A program made the translations under genes and the position numbers. 36,582 nt of DNA. Source: Candidatus Eiseniibacteriota bacterium (GTDB lineage Bacteria > Eisenbacteria > RBG-16-71-46). The stretch is from assembly GCA_044222065.1 (NCBI GenBank), contig JBGAOA010000022.1, positions 1-36,582 of the forward strand, read 5' to 3'. Every line of letters starts with the position of its first letter. Position 1 is the stretch's first letter. The notes under the pieces are model-generated. The model ran no database searches. It saw nothing but the letters and a program-made list of their open reading frames with translations, and had not been told where the DNA came from. Positions 35,745-36,582 of this stretch are shown here, in pieces.

Positions 35745-36185
35745 CTAGTTCCCTCCGAGCACCTCGTCCGCGAGCTGCTCGAGCTGGCCGTCCGTCTCGG
35801 CGACGAGACCCTTGAGGCGGTCGGCGTTCCAGATCTCGATGTGATCGACGAGACCGTGCAGAACGGCTTCCTTGCCGAGGTCTGCACGGTGCAAGAGTGC
35901 CGGCGGAATCGTGATGCGTCCCTGCGCGTCCACCGTCACCTGTGTTGCATTCATCAGGAACGCGCGCGCGAACGCGCGTCCCTTTCTATCCCCCATCGGA
36001 ATGCGGCGAAGCCGCTCTTCCACGTGCTTCCAGTCTTCAGGCGCGTACAGCGCGAGACATCCTTCGAAACCCGCGACGAGGTAGAACGTGCCGAGCACCC
36101 GCTTGCCGTCGCGTCGCATCGCGGCGGGAATCGCGAGCCGTCCCTTGTGGTCGATCGCGTAGGTCTCGGTTCCGTAGAACGGCAT
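35745..36185 (-). CDS. mraZ: Division/cell-wall cluster transcriptional regulator MraZ
   Basis: FYG, IDHKGRL and VDAQGRI (DxxGR pair), HIEIW; first gene of the dcw cluster. Confidence 0.96.
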   Translation of the reverse strand: MPFYGTETYAIDHKGRLAIPAAMRRDGKRVLGTFYLVAGFEGCLALYAPEDWKHVEERLRRIPMGDRKGRAFARAFLMNATQVTVDAQGRITIPPALLHRADLGKEAVLHGLVDHIEIWNADRLKGLVAETDGQLEQLADEVLGGN

Positions 36186-36227
36186 CGCGCGCTTTCGTTC
36201 GGTGTCGCCACCGCGTCTACCCGATTC

Positions 36228-36272
36228 ACCATCGGGCACCACTCGCCACCACAATTCCCCACTTCTCCCCAC
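36228..36272 (-). promoter_or_regulatory. MraZ-binding direct repeats (five boxes, 10-bp period)
   Basis: Minus strand: GTGGGgagaa GTGGGgaatt GTGGTggcga GTGGTgcccg ATGGT, just downstream of the -10. Confidence 0.85.
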
Positions 36273-36280
36273 GGGCGCGC

Positions 36281-36309
36281 AAGCTAGTCCCTCGCGAGTC
36301 CGGTGTCAA
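36281..36309 (-). promoter_or_regulatory. Sigma70-type promoter of the mraZ/dcw operon
   Basis: TTGACA (36309-36304), 17 bp spacer, TAGCTT (36286-36281). Confidence 0.85.
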
Positions 36310-36339
36310 AAAGAAATCGCCGCGGCGCCGCGATTTCTT
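36308..36339 (-). terminator. Inverted repeat, probable intrinsic terminator of the upstream gene, abutting the mraZ -35
   Basis: AAGAAATCGC-N9-GCGATTTCTT, followed on the minus strand by TTT that runs into TTGACA. Confidence 0.55.
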
Positions 36340-36396
36340 CGCACGCTGCACGCGCGTGCACGATCGCGCGCGGAATCGTTCACGCGCGCGAGCGCC

Positions 36397-36582
36397 TCAG
36401 CGCGGAGGTATCGCGCCTCGCAGCGCGCGCAGCGAATCGTACGCGGCCCAGTTCACGCGGTAGAACGTGTAGACCGCCTTCCCCGGCCGGGCGATGCCGA
36501 GGTTCGGAACGCTCGCGTCTCCGAGCGGCGTCAGCGCCGCGGCGTACGGACTGCGCGCGAGCATGTCGTTCGCGACCGTCGC
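36397..36582 (-). CDS. 3' end of an unidentified protein entering from the right edge
   Basis: Open frame ...ATVANDMLARSPYAAALTPLGDASVPNLGIARPGKAVYTFYRVNWAAYDSLRALRGAIPPR* with mostly G/C third positions; stop at 36397-36399. Confidence 0.6.
   Translation of the reverse strand, partial: ATVANDMLARSPYAAALTPLGDASVPNLGIARPGKAVYTFYRVNWAAYDSLRALRGAIPPR

Overview
A very GC-rich bacterial chromosomal segment, mostly housekeeping genes. The TonB-dependent receptor style and a T9SS/FlgD-like C-terminal domain suggest an FCB-superphylum diderm, possibly a candidate phylum such as Ca. Eisenbacteria (inference). Left to right: (1) a minus-strand group 1 membrane-bound [NiFe]-hydrogenase operon (small subunit, large subunit, cytochrome b, maturation protease, start of hypA) with the six-cysteine O2-tolerance signature; (2) a divergent acyltransferase, PimA-like GT4, MFS transporter operon; (3) a zinc-finger protein and recG; (4) a TonB-dependent receptor paired with a large secreted Cys-rich protein that has a Ca-binding-type motif, and whose signal peptide appears to start at a non-canonical ACG; (5) rpmB; (6) a minus-strand dcw cluster: mraZ, STAS protein, rsmH, ftsL-like, ftsI, murE, murF, mraY, murD, ftsW, murG, murC, ftsQ, ftsA, ftsZ, TPR protein. 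The dcw cluster has a clear sigma70-type promoter and 10-bp-phased MraZ boxes, lacks murB and ddl, and has a structured ftsA-ftsZ spacer. No rRNA, tRNA, CRISPR array or mobile element was seen. Most long ORFs in the supplied track are GC-driven shadow frames.
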